From positions 29,760,001 to 29,824,000 of the forward strand of contig NC_043014.1 of the NCBI RefSeq assembly GCF_006345805.1: 64,000 nucleotides of DNA, read 5' to 3'. Below the pieces are notes generated by a model that ran no database searches, was not told the DNA's origin, and worked only from the letters and a program-made list of their open reading frames with translations. Made by a program: the position numbers and the translations under genes. Positions within the stretch are counted from its first letter, which is position 1. Every line of letters begins with the position of its first letter. Source of the DNA: Octopus sinensis (taxonomy: Eukaryota). Below, piece by piece: positions 49,861-62,887 of this stretch.

Positions 49861-50187
49861 CATATATATATATGTAATATACACACACACATATATATAT
49901 ACATATTTACATATTTATATGTGTGTGTGTGTGTATGTATGTATGTATATAACACCAAGTAAGTTAGGTGTTATGGATCCAAACCACTAAGGGATATTAT
50001 TTATCCAATATGCTGTTGGTAAAGTATCCAAATTCTTAATACGTAAATGTTTTCAATTGCAATGCAAAACTTATTTATTGTATTAAATGGGTGAAGGTAA
50101 AGATAATATATATATATATGTATATATATTATGTATATATGTATATATATGTATATATATATATATGTATATATATATGTATATATA

Positions 50188-50287
50188 NNNNNNNNNNNNN
50201 NNNNNNNNNNNNNNNNNNNNNNNNNNNNNNNNNNNNNNNNNNNNNNNNNNNNNNNNNNNNNNNNNNNNNNNNNNNNNNNNNNNNNNN
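50188..50287. other. Assembly gap (100 N) inside a TA microsatellite
   Basis: Run of N. Confidence 1.
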
Positions 50288-50452
50288 TATATATATATAT
50301 GTATATATATATGTATATATATGTGTATATATATGTGTATATATGTATTGTATGTATGTATATATGTAGTATGTATATATTATATGTGTATATATATGTA
50401 TGTATATATATATATGTGTATATATATATATATAAAATATATATGTATATCA

Positions 50453-51282
50453 TCATCATTTAAAGTTCGCTTTCCATGCTGGCATGGATTGGACGGTTCA
50501 ACTGGGGTCTGGGAAGCCAGAAGGCTGCACCAGGCCCAGTCTGATCTGGCAGTGTTTCTACAGCTGGATGCCCTTCCTAACGCCAACCACTCCGTGAGTG
50601 TAGTGGAAGCTTTTTACGTGCCACCGGCACAGGTGCCAGACGGGGCTGGCAGACGGCCACGTTCGGATGGTGCTTTTTACGTGCTACCGGCACGGGGACC
50701 AGACAAAGCTGGCAACAGCCACGGTTGGATGGTGCTTTTTACGTGCCACCGGCATGGAGACCAGTCGGGCGGCGCTGGCTACAGCCACGTTCGGATGTTT
50801 GATAGATGGTTGATGTTGATAGATTACGATTTTGATTTTGATCTTCACTTGCCTTAACAGGTCTTCACAAGTGGAGTTTTGTGTCCCAAGAAGGAAAGGA
50901 ATGCATAAGTGGGCTGGCTACATCCCAGGTGTAAGCCACGGGATTATGGCCTCACTTATCCTGCCGGGTCTTCTCACGCACAGCATGTTTCCATAGGTCT
51001 CGGTCTCTAGTCATTTCCTCGGTGAGACCTAAAGTTTGAAGGTTGTGCTTCACCACCTTGTCCCAGGTTTTCCTGTGTCTACCTCTTCCACAGGTTCCCT
51101 CAACCGCTAGGGTGTGGCACTTTTTCACACAACTATCTTCATCCACTCTTACCACATGACCATACCAGCGCAAACGTCTCTCTTGCACACCACAACTGAT
51201 GCTTCTTAGGTCTAACTTTTCTCTCAAAGAACTTACACTCTGTCGAGTATGAAGACTGACATTACAATGAACAAGTTGCATC
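50453..51282 (-). mobile_element. RTE LINE 3' end
   Basis: ORF 50952-51284 [22 protein letters not shown]...GRGRHRKTWDKVVKH..EKTRQDK plus 3' UTR and (ATG)n tail. Confidence 0.9.
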
Positions 51283-53002
51283 AATTGTGGTGTGCAAGAG
51301 AGACGTTTGTGCTGGTATGGTCATGTAAGAATGGATGAAGATAGTTGTGTGAAAAAGTGCCAGACCCTAGCGGTTGAGGGAACCTGTGGAAGAGGTAGAC
51401 CCATGAAAACCTGGGACGTGGTGGTGAAGCACGACCTTCAAATATGTATATGTATATATATGTATATATATATATGTGTATATGTATATATATATATGTA
51501 TATATATATATGTATACATATATATGTATATATATGTTTATATATGTATGTATATATATATGTTTATATATGTATGTATATATATATGTTTATATATGTG
51601 TGTATATATATATGTTTATATATGTATGTATATATATATGTTTATATATGTATGTATATATATATGTATATATATGTATGTATATATAGTTTATATATGT
51701 AGTATATATATATGTATATATATATATTGTATATGTATATATATATATGTATGTATATATATATGTATATATATATATATGTAATATATATATGTATATA
51801 TATATGTATATATATATATGTATATTATATATAGTATATATATATATGTATATATTATGATATGTATATATATATATGTATATGTATATGTATATATATA
51901 TGTATATGTATGTATATATATATGTATATGTATGTATATATATATGTATATGTATGTATCTTATGTATATTGCTATATATCTCTGTATATTATATAGGTT
52001 GTATATGTATGCTGTATATATCTGTCTGTATGTATATATATGTGTTATATATATGTATATATATGTATATATCTATATATGTATATAAGTGTATATATAT
52101 ATGTATATATATGTATATATATAGGTATATATATGTGTATATATATATGTTATATATATATATGTATATATATATGTATATATGACCGTACGACAGGCAC
52201 CCATGCCAACCCCCTTGCTTGCAAAGACATGTTGGGGCAAGCGAAATCGAATTGAACCAGCCAGGATCCCTTGTCTGGTGGTACGTAAAAAGCACTATCC
52301 GACTCGTGGCCGATGCCAGCTCCGCCTCCACTGGCTTCCGTGCCGGTGGCACGTAAAATACACCAATCTGACCGTACGACAGGCACCCATGCCAACCCCC
52401 TTGCTTGCGAAGACATGTTGAGGCAAGCGAAATCGAAATCGAATTCAACCAGCCAGGATCCCTGGTCTGGTGGTACGTAAAAAGCACTATCCGACTCGTG
52501 GCCGACGCCAGCGCCGCCTCCACTGACTTCCGTGCCAGTGGCACGTAAAATACACCAATCTGACCGTATGACAGGCACCCATGCCAACCCCCTTGCTTGC
52601 GAAGACATGTTGGGGCAACCAAAATCGAAATCGAATTGAACCAGCCAGGATCCCTGGTCTGGTGGTACGTAAAAAGCACTATCTGACTCGTGGCGTAAAA
52701 AGCACTATCCGACTCGTGGCCGATGCCAGCTCCGCTTCGTCTGGCTTCCGTGCCGGTGGCACATAAAATACAACAATCCGACCGTGGCCGTTGCCAGCCT
52801 CGCCTGGCACTTGTGCAGGTGGCACGTAAAAAGCACCCACTACACTCACGGAGTGGTTGGCGTTAGGAAGAGCATCCAGCTGTAGAAACACTGCCAGATA
52901 AGACTGGAGCCTGGTGCAGCCTTCTGGTCTCCCAGATCCCCAGTCGAACCGTCCAACCCATGCTAGCATGGACAACGGACGTTAAACGATGATGATGATG
53001 AT
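51278..53002 (+). mobile_element. RTE LINE 3' end interrupted by a ~740-bp TA array; 3' UTR with ~187-bp tandem triplication
   Basis: [22 protein letters not shown]...KHDLQ (51292-51442); TA array 51443-52184; repeats GACCGTACGACAGGCACCC at ~52185, 52371 and 52562; tail ending GGACGTTAAACGATGATGATG. Confidence 0.85.
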
Positions 53003-53004
53003 AT

Positions 53005-54047
53005 TTATATTTTTTTATTTTATCTAGTTTTAGCTCACGAGCTGTGGCCATGCTGGGGCACCGCCATTCGGTGTTGCTACATGATTTTACTTCATGAATA
53101 CTTTTTAGCAATTGCTATTTGGTGCATGAGAGAGTTCAATGCAGCTGCCCTCATCTGCACCTCCTGCCGTGAAGTTGGTTCATCTGGGACACCTGACAGG
53201 AAGAGATCCAGTTTTATTTTAAAGACATCTGCATCCACCCCATGCAGGTCTCTCAGGTTCTTCGGGAGGATATTGAAGAGCTGTGGGCCTCTGAAGTCCA
53301 GGCTATCACAGTATCTTGTCCTACATCTTGATGGCAAATTTGGAGTCCTTGGCACTATGCAGTGGCACTCAGTTCTAGTATTTGTGTAACTCTCTATGCC
53401 AAAGTTTAGGACAAGTCCTTCTAAGATCTTCCAGATATATATTATGGCATATCTTTCTCACCTACGCTCTAAGGAATAGAGTCTTAATCTCCTGAATCTT
53501 TCCCAATAGCTTATATGCTGCACAGAGGCTATCTTCGTGTAGCTTCATTGGATCACCTCAAGTTGTGTGATTAATTTGACACTGGATGGTGACCATAGCT
53601 GAGAGCAATAGTCAAAGTGGCTTAGGACAAGTGTCCTCCAGAGGACCATCATACTTTCCTGGTCTCTTGTTCTAAAGGCTCTAAGAATCCATCCGGTCAG
53701 CCGCCTACATTTCATTGCCAATTTAGCAACAAGCACATGAAAGGTTGCATCGTCACTCATGTAAATACCCAGATCTCGCACTGATTGTGCCTCTGGGATT
53801 GCAATCCCTCCAGATCCAGTGTATTTATTGGGTATTGCATTTAGTTTTGCATGCTGATAGCATAAAGCTTGAGACTTTTCAGCATTGAACTGCATGCTAT
53901 TCTTTTCAGCCCACTTGTATATTTTGTCCAGCTCACATTGCAGGTGCATAATGTCTTCAGGGTTGTGTATTACCTGTGAAACTTTTGTATCATCTGCATA
54001 ACTTGTGATCGTGGATTTCTGCGTGGCTGAGGGCATGTCTGAGAGGG
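53005..54047 (-). mobile_element. 5'-truncated CR1-group LINE copy
   Basis: Closely matches 38240-39290 (YADDTK..., FNAEKSQAL..., same tail); the truncation abuts a TA array. Confidence 0.9.
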
Positions 54048-54330
54048 CCATATATATATATATACATATATATATATGTATATATATATATGTATATATA
54101 TATATGTATATATATATATGTATATATATATATGTATATATATACATACATATATATATATATATTATATATATATTTATATAATATCTACTAAGAATTA
54201 CCTAATCTTTATAGTTATAATTGTTAGTATATTAATCCTGAGATACTGCCTAAATTATATATATATATATACACATACATATATATGTGTGTATATATAT
54301 ATATATATATAATATACATACATATATATA

Positions 54331-54364
<34 letters not shown>

Positions 54365-54418
54365 AATACTTACATATATGTATATATATACATACATATA
54401 TATATATGTATATATATA

Positions 54419-54450
<32 letters not shown>

Positions 54451-55107
54451 AATACTTACATATATGTATATATATACATATATATGTATATATATATATA
54501 CATATATATATATGTATATATATATTTATATATATGTTTGTGTATATATATATGACTACAACTGGATGCCCTTCCTAATGTTTACCACTGGCCTTGTACC
54601 TAAATCAGAAGCCATTTTTACTAAAGGTTATGGATAAGCATAATCATTATAATGTCAGACAAAATGCTTTATGATATGTAGTTGCAGCTCATTACATACT
54701 GATTCAGATCTTGCCAAAGTTAACTCTGACTTTTGTCCTTCAAGAGATTAATAAGATAATGTACCAGTCAAGTACTAGGTTCTAGGCATTGACTAACCTC
54801 TCCACCTAAAAGCTGTTGGCATTGTGCTTAAATATGGAACATTATCATTAACATAAATATTGTTAAAATTATAATAAAACAACAACAGCAAGAAAGAAAA
54901 GATTTATAAGCAAAGAGAAGTAAACAAGTTATATATATTCATGCCAAAACTAACTTCACCTGTGCCACATAAAAAGCACTAGGTCCGCTCTGCATCCAGC
55001 CATAAAATCCCTGCCAAAACAGACACAGTAGCCTAGGGTAGTTTTTCTACTTGGCCAGCTCCTGTCAACTGTCCTACCCATGCATAGAAAATGAATGTTA
55101 GATTATG

Positions 55108-55153
<46 letters not shown>

Positions 55154-55249
55154 ATATATGGGTGAGAAAGTATGATTGGTAATTATACATGATTGATGGT
55201 TGAATATACAAGGAAAGAGATAAGATGAAAAAACACAGAAGATTTGTTT

Positions 55250-57886
55250 TACTAGACTAAGAAATATATTTAAATTGTCATGGCGAATGTATTATACAAT
55301 AAAAATCGAATTTTTTTCCTCTAATAAGATGACCGGTTTCGCTCATGGTTTTCAAATTTTGAATGTTCGATGCAACTTGAAATGAGAAATTTTGTTTGTT
55401 AGGGAGGGATAATTGGTTACAAAGGCATTTTTCAGTAAAAGGGAAATAAATATTAATATAATATCTACTAAGAATTACCTAATCTTTATAGTTATAATTG
55501 TTAGTATATTAATCCTGAGATACTGCCTAAATTTATAGTCCTGGTAACTTTTATCAATATGAGTTTATATTCAGTTCTGGCTTGTATTTTTCGATAAATG
55601 AGGCCTCTTTATTTAGTTGAACTTGAGTTGAAGACCAAATAGCACATTGATATAATGGGAAGATTAGGAATTGTGGTTGCAGTTGTTCTGCACATCTGTC
55701 AGTGTGTTCACTGAGATGTATCTGGCGATATTGTGGGGAAGAGATCTATTGTCTATGAACTGTACATCTACATCTAAGTGACATTCCTATGGTGCTTATA
55801 TAGTTTTTATGACAGCCCAAGCACCGTATGACATAAATGAGGTTTTCAGAGGCACAAGTGAAATTGGATTTAATTTTGAATTTTTGCCCTTGTTTAAAAG
55901 GGAATTCTGATCCTTCCAAAAGATTGGGAATGTTCCACAGTTAGATCAACCACATTTTTTTACTCTTGCATCCACTATTCTTGAGAATAATTTAGCATTT
56001 GTGAGGATTTTCTTATTTTTTTATTTTTATTTTTTTGCTTTTTCTTATGTGTACGCAGAATTTCCTTTAGTTTGGGGTCCTTATGGAGTATTGGGAGATT
56101 TGGGGCAATGATGTTAAATGCTTCATTGTTTCTGGGGTTGTATGTGGATACATAAAGTAGTATTTTCAGAGTTGGTTTGTTATTGTGTTTGACTTTTCTT
56201 AATGTTTTTATGTCAATTAATTTTGCACACTTAATCCTATCATCTATGAGTTGAATTGGATAGTGTCTGGACACTACAGTGCAAATCCTTCTTGCAAGGT
56301 TGAAGGGGACATTTGTTTTAATGTGTCTTGGATGGAATGCACTAAATAATAGGTATTGTTTCGCATCTGTAGTTTTGTAAAATATGTCCATTTCTATTTT
56401 TTGTTTATTTTTTTAACCAGTATATATAGGAATGTGAGTTCTTCTTGGTTGTGTTCCATTCTAATTGTATGTTTGTATTAATGCTATTAAAGAGTCTTTT
56501 GAAATCCAGTACTTTATCTGTGTTTTCATTCCAGAGGATGAAACAGTCATCCAAAAATCTTTTCCAGTTTTCTTTTATGTATTGGGAAAAAGGGTTTCCA
56601 AATTTTGAAAATGACTCCTGATATATTGTTATTTCTAAATAGCCTATTGTTAGTTTGGCAATAACCAGGGCTGCCCTGGTCCCCATGACAATTCGAGATT
56701 TCTTGGCAATAAACAGTGGTGTCAAACATGAAATAGTTGTTTTGTAGGATGAATTTTATAGATTCAATTATGAAGTCTTTTCTGTTGCCCACCCAGAACT
56801 GAATTGCTTCTATTCCATAATTATGGGGTATGTTGGTGTATAGGTTTATCACATTAAATTCGACCATGAGTGTTTCTTCCTTGACCTTTTCCAATAGATG
56901 ATTTAATATATCTAAGCCATCTCTAACGTAACTTTTGATGTATTTTAGAAATGGTTTCAGGAGGATGTCTTTGAAACAACTTAGTCTTTATATTTCACAG
57001 GATGGTCCAGCTATAATGGGCCATAATTTTAGGTTTCCTGGTGTTCGTGTATGTATGTATGCCTTTGGTGAATTTTTGATGGCTTCATTTATAGCCTGGC
57101 TTTTGTGAATTTTCAGTAGACCATAGAATAGGCCTGGTTTACATTTAAAGTTTGTTAAGTAGTCTATTTCTTTCTTTTTATTTTTTGTGTTAGGTTTTTT
57201 CCATGGATTTGAATTAGTGAAGAGGTTTTTCATTATTTTTGTGTGGGGTGTAATCTCTGATTTTTGCATAGTATTTGTCATTATTTAGCATGGATACTAC
57301 TAGATTTTTGTAGTATAATGTGTCCATTTCTACCACCACACTCCCTTTATCCACTTCTTTAATTATTATTTCTTCATTATTTTGTAGTTCAGTTCTTTCC
57401 ATTGGGTGGTGCTGAAGTTTGAAATGATTCTTTTGTTTGTGCAAGGTGTGGTAGGGGAATTTTTCTATCACTTTTCTTCCAGCACTGGAATTTCTTTCTT
57501 CAGTTTCACATACTTCCTTCCAAAGATTAACAATGTTTTCTAGAGATTGTTCGTTGATGTGATTATTTATTTCCTTGTGCATCTCTTAATTGATGTTTTT
57601 ATATTTATCTTCAATGTTTAAAGCTCTTGATTTTAGTAATTCAGTTTCTGATTTCAAATGGAATAGTGCCAACTTTTCCCTAACTACCCTCTGTCCATCT
57701 GGTCCATTTGGTATTAACACTCAAAATTTGAAAAGCTTTAGTGAAATGGGTCATTTTATTAGAGGTAAAAAAATCCTATTTTGTATATTATAATACTTTT
57801 GATGTGACAATTTAAATATATTTTTGTTTGTCTCGTAAAACAAATCTTCAGTGTTTTTCCATCTTATTTCTTCCATTAAACATATC

Positions 57887-57900
<14 letters not shown>
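55250..57900 (-). mobile_element. Penelope-like element relic (RT + GIY-YIG), frameshifted
   Basis: KPGLFYGLLKIHKS, PIIAGP, NVINLYTNIP, MGTRAALVIAKL, KRFLDDCF, YKTTDAKQYL..HP, and FTCASENLIYVIRCLGCHKNYIS...EASFIEKYKPELN. Confidence 0.9.
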
Positions 57901-57920
<20 letters not shown>

Positions 57921-58969
57921 ATAATATATATATATAAAGAGAGAGAGAGAGAGACATACAGAGAGATAAATAATACTAAAACTTTAGGAATATTTGTGTG
58001 TAACTGAAATATCTCAGAAATAGTATATTTTATCTTAATTTTCTTTTACATGCAGTACAAATTTTTGTGACATTTGAACCTCTGTTTAAACAATTAAACA
58101 CAATTTTTGTTATTTCTTGATGAGAAAAATACATGGCTTCCATGACATCAACACACATACAGAATACACACACATATAATGAATGTCATAGAATGTCAGT
58201 CAACACAAACGCACGTTCACTGTCTTCACTCTCTAAGAAAAAAAAACTACTGTTGACTTTTTGACATACACAATATTTTAATCATTTAGAAATATTTTTA
58301 AATGAACATGACTTTGTTAATTTCTGTAAAAAAATTTTTTATCAATTTACTTTTGTTTTAAAGTGAAAGAGAGGAGAAAGTGAAAGATGTATGTACATGT
58401 ATATGAAATGGACTTGTGTGTGTGAAACAGAATGAGTGAAGGGGTGTGTTGTCATGTATACGTACATACATCAATACATATGCGAACATCTTTTTTGTAT
58501 GTACATGTGCGTGTGTGCAAGGGAGAGAGAAAGTGAGTGAATGTGTATGTTCTCATGTATGTGTAAGTGGCACTCTTTCTCTCTCTCTCTCTCTCTCACA
58601 TTTACACACACACACGCATATATCCATTTCATATACACATTCATACATCTTTCACTTTTTCCTCTCTTTCACTTCAAAACAAAAGTAGCAAGTGATTTTC
58701 AGGATAAAAATTGTTCAAAAAAGTTTCTACTCATGTAAATTGATTACTATTGTTTTGATAGTTCCAATTAAATAAGTCCAGAAGTTAGGCTAAATATATA
58801 TACATGCATAAGTACTGTGAATTCCCATTCTACAAACTGGCAAACAATTCTGTGAATTGCAAGGCTGGGCAGTAAGTCTAGTATATATATATATATAAAG
58901 TTGTGTGTGTGTGTGTAAATATTGAACAATGAAAATGAGTGCTCAACACCACAATGGTGAATAAAGATT

Positions 58970-59142
58970 CTTTATTTGTGGATTAAGGCTACCGTTGGTT
59001 TCATGTTAAGGAAGCCCTTAACAATTATCAATTGTTTTAATCCAAAATAGAGACAAACACCAGTATTCCATGAGATAGGCTTGATAATTGTTTAGAACTT
59101 CCTTGACATGAAACCAATGGTAGCCTTAATCCACAAATAAAG
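58970..59142. repeat. Long inverted repeat / MITE-like hairpin
   Basis: 45-bp arms (58970-59014 / 59098-59142, two mismatches) plus an inner 12-bp pair AACAATTATCAA/TTGATAATTGTT. Confidence 0.85.
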
Positions 59143-59499
59143 TGTATATATATATACATATATATATGTGTGTGTCCATAGTTATATAAATGTATATTTA
59201 TGTATGTACACATGTTTACTGTTCCTGCTCACATAGATCAGATGGAACTTGTTGAGGTGGATTTTTCTGTGGCTGGATGTCCTTCCTGTCACTAATCCTC
59301 ACCTGTTTCCAAGTGAGGTAATATTTCCTTGTGACCAAGTATGTTTCCGCATAAGATTAAGAACAAAGAACACTGCTTGCAACTCAGTGACTCTTGTTTA
59401 CAACTATCACATGAAGTTGAAGCAAGAAGACAGTAATATACATGCACACACGTGTGTGTGTACATATACGATGGGGGTTTTTTCAGTTATTTTCTGCCA

Positions 59500-60300
59500 A
59501 GTCTACTCACAAGGCTTAGGTTAGCCAAGGGCTAAAGTAGAAGACAATTGCCCAAAGTGCCACACAGATAGGAGAGATGTTAAAGCTGAGGTATGGCAGG
59601 TCTAAGATGTAGCTCTGAGAGGAAGGAAAGGTTACTGAAGGTACATAACAAGAGTGATCAGTTGAAAATAGTATAGTCAGGGATGATAATAAAGACAGTG
59701 AGGTAACTGTTAGCGACAAAGTACAGGAATGAAAATGCTGATTCTGTTCTCAAATGATTGCAGCAAGTGGAATGTACCATACCATCTCAGTCTTCTCTCT
59801 TGTACACCACATTAGATTCTTCTAATGCCTAATTTTTGTCTCAATATCTTTGCACTATGTCATACATACTTGCTGATGATACACATCTTTTGAATCATAC
59901 ATGCTTCATTCCTCTTTAGTCCTCTACATTTAGGGACCACGTCTCACTATCAAGTAGCATTGCTGTTCTTACATAAGCATCATACAATCTGTCTTTCACT
60001 GAGAGATTTTTTTTGTTGCTTACAGAAGTAATTGCTCTGAACTTTCTCAATCTTATTCTTATTTTATCAAGTATGCTTTCATTACATCCTCCTCCACTAC
60101 TAATTAAGTCATCTTGGTAACAGAAACACACAGGTTAGTATTTCCTGTGTGTCCCTAGTGCTTATTGCTCCTATACTCCACATACAAAGACTACTTTCTC
60201 TGTTAAACCTTCCTATGATTCCACTGCAACTGTTATGCGTCCATAGCTGGTACTGGGTACACCATATGGTATTCCAGCCTATACCTTTCCTACATATCAA
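59500..60300 (-). mobile_element. Degenerate RTE LINE 3' part
   Basis: ORF 59916-60131 DLISSGGGCNESI..RIRLRKFR...RLYDAYVRTAMLLDSETWSLNVED; the UTR resembles 14770-15260. Confidence 0.75.
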
Positions 60301-61899
60301 GGACATATGTGTATGAGAATGTTACAGTTTATTTGAAGCACTGCAGTACAAAAAGGAAATTAGAGAAGCTTTTGACAATGCAGAGAGGAAAGTTGAAAGA
60401 CTTTTATATATTTCAGGACAAAGGCCCACCTTCAGAAGGATATAGTGAAAGAAATATGAGTCAACATAGACACAGAAATGGCAGGATTTATGTGGACATA
60501 TTTCTTTTACTATATCCTTCTGAAAATGGGCTTTTGTGCCTGAAATATATAAATACATGTATGTTGGATGATAAACAAAAAGGGAAATGGAAGGAACACA
60601 TACATGAACACGCACACACTCATTCATTTATTCATGCAGAACTTACAGCTCTTGTACCCTGATAAATTCTCATTTGTACCTATCATCATATGTGCATTAG
60701 GCTATGTACCTACAAATTTACACAAAAACCTAATGGCACAGTGAAGATTTGTAAGACATGGGTGTGTGCACTGACAGCTCATCCAACACACCAACTCAAC
60801 CACATATTTACAAATGCCAGGAACTCTCTTGAGAAGAACTTAAATAAAGCTAAGAAAAATTATACATACATATGTGTGCATACGGTGTGTGTACATGATT
60901 CTAGGTATATGTATATATATATTTGCGTATGTGTGTGTGTACATTTGTATATATATATATATATATGTATGTGTATGTAAATATATCTTTGTATTTAGAC
61001 CCACATATCTTTGGGTAGATATGTCATGCTCTATGTGTATATTTATTTATCTATTTGTTTATCTCTGAGTACATTCCTAACCGAATGTAAGATCATGATC
61101 GTTTTATATTCTATCTTTGTATGTTTGTATTAATGTGTACATTTGGTTTCAAAACTTAATTTCTAAAGCAATTACAGGATTGGTATCCATCTAAAGTTGA
61201 TCCATCAAAAACACACCCAATTTGCACTCTCTCTGTTCCCCTTATTCCCTTTTCTTCCTCCTTCTCTCTCTCCCTCTCTTTCTAGCTCTTTATTTAATTC
61301 ATTTTCAACATACTTATAAAAATTCTTGCCCTCTGTCCAACTTCAAGTATTTAATCTGTGTAACATAGTTCAGTAAAGTATTCATCTAATGGACTGTTGT
61401 GGTTCACAATCCAATTGTACTCAGAACATCTGCTGCAAAGAATGCAAATAACAGAAATGGTGAAACATACATTGGGAACAAATTATATAAACTGCATCTT
61501 ATGTTTATCACACTTCCACAATGTTTGCTCTGTGTATCTTAACTGGTAATATTATTAAGTAGCCCAGTGGTAACCACATCACTTTACTGAAGGTAGACTA
61601 CGTGAAACTCTAAACTAATCATTAGCAGTTGTATATCTAACTGTACACACAAGAAATACTACATCATCGTTTAAATGTATATAGATGTATAAGTTTATGT
61701 GTTGATATATATGTATATGCACACACACACACACACAAATTTGTATATAAATGTATGTGTGTGCGTATCTGTATCGATATCCTCATGTTATAAAGTAATG
61801 AATTCCAACAGATACTTTTTGGGAGAAAAAAACCCCACCAAGTGTACAAAAAAAAAAGAACATTTGAAAAGAAATACATTAGGAAATAAATAAGAACCA

Positions 61900-62560
61900 T
61901 AATACTGTAACAGGGGACATTCTCATGACAAAAGATGTTGACTACTATCTGAAGAGTTATAGGAAGGATGAGGATTACTGTCTTCTGTTTTATAGTTCAT
62001 CATCATCAATTACTTGAAAGGCAAAGAACTTTTCCAAAATTGTTTGATGTTTATACTGTGCATTATTTCTTTGTACAATTCAGTGCAGGAACTGAACTCT
62101 TTGTAAATTCTCCTGTAATGTTTGTGTTGTGTTCATGGTTAGGGTTGTTATCAGCAAAAACTTTTAGACCTTCATCTTTAAATGTCAACCCTGTAGCAGT
62201 ATTTTTTGCAGTCTATTTAAGTACAGTTAATAGAATTTCCATATTCTCATCTGTATTCTTAGTTTGCTCTTCTAACAGCATCAGACAAACCTCCTTCTCT
62301 TCAAAGACCTACATGATTTGCAAGTGTCACTGTATCTTTCAGAATTTGATGTAAACTTTCTGCTCGTGGAAAGTTCATAGTTTCAGATAAGTCAAGCCAG
62401 CCATTTTCCCAATGACTCGGCTCTCTTATCCACAACATACATTACAGTGAACTTCTTCCAGAAGTCTTCAACTGTAGGCTTACCTTCCCTCATAATGTTC
62501 TTGTTAATTTTATTGTTGTTGCTGTTTAGTTAAACATTTCAGTCACCATTTAAAATACAC
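61900..62560 (-). mobile_element. Highly degenerate LINE-like relic
   Basis: Patchy protein-like translation (REGKPTVEDFWKK...) suggests an EN-RT linker; clade uncertain. Confidence 0.3.
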
Positions 62561-62887
62561 AAGAACATCACATTATCTTATTGCTTTTTTTCTTCTTTAT
62601 AACCTATTAGATGGAGTTGATCCATTTTGTTAATGCTGTTGAGTTTGATGGGTTGGTAATGGCAGTCCTTGTGTTGGTGTATGTGTGTGTATACATACCT
62701 TTCTTTCATCTTTCACTTGTTTCAGTCATTGGACTGCAGCCATGGGAATCTTAGTCAAATGAATCAACTCCAGTACTTACATATTTTAAGCCTGGTACTT
62801 ATTCTATTGATCTCTAACGATCTCTAATGCCAAACTGCTATGTTATGGAAGTGTCTATGCATACAAATATGTAAATATATGGACATT

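Noticed and set aside
50188-50287. Apparent ORFs running through the N stretch
   Set aside because: Assembly gap; true length and content are unknown.
57820-57860. CUGAAGA...CGAGAC on the minus strand at the Penelope 5' end
   Set aside because: It lacks GAAA and has no convincing stems; not called a hammerhead.
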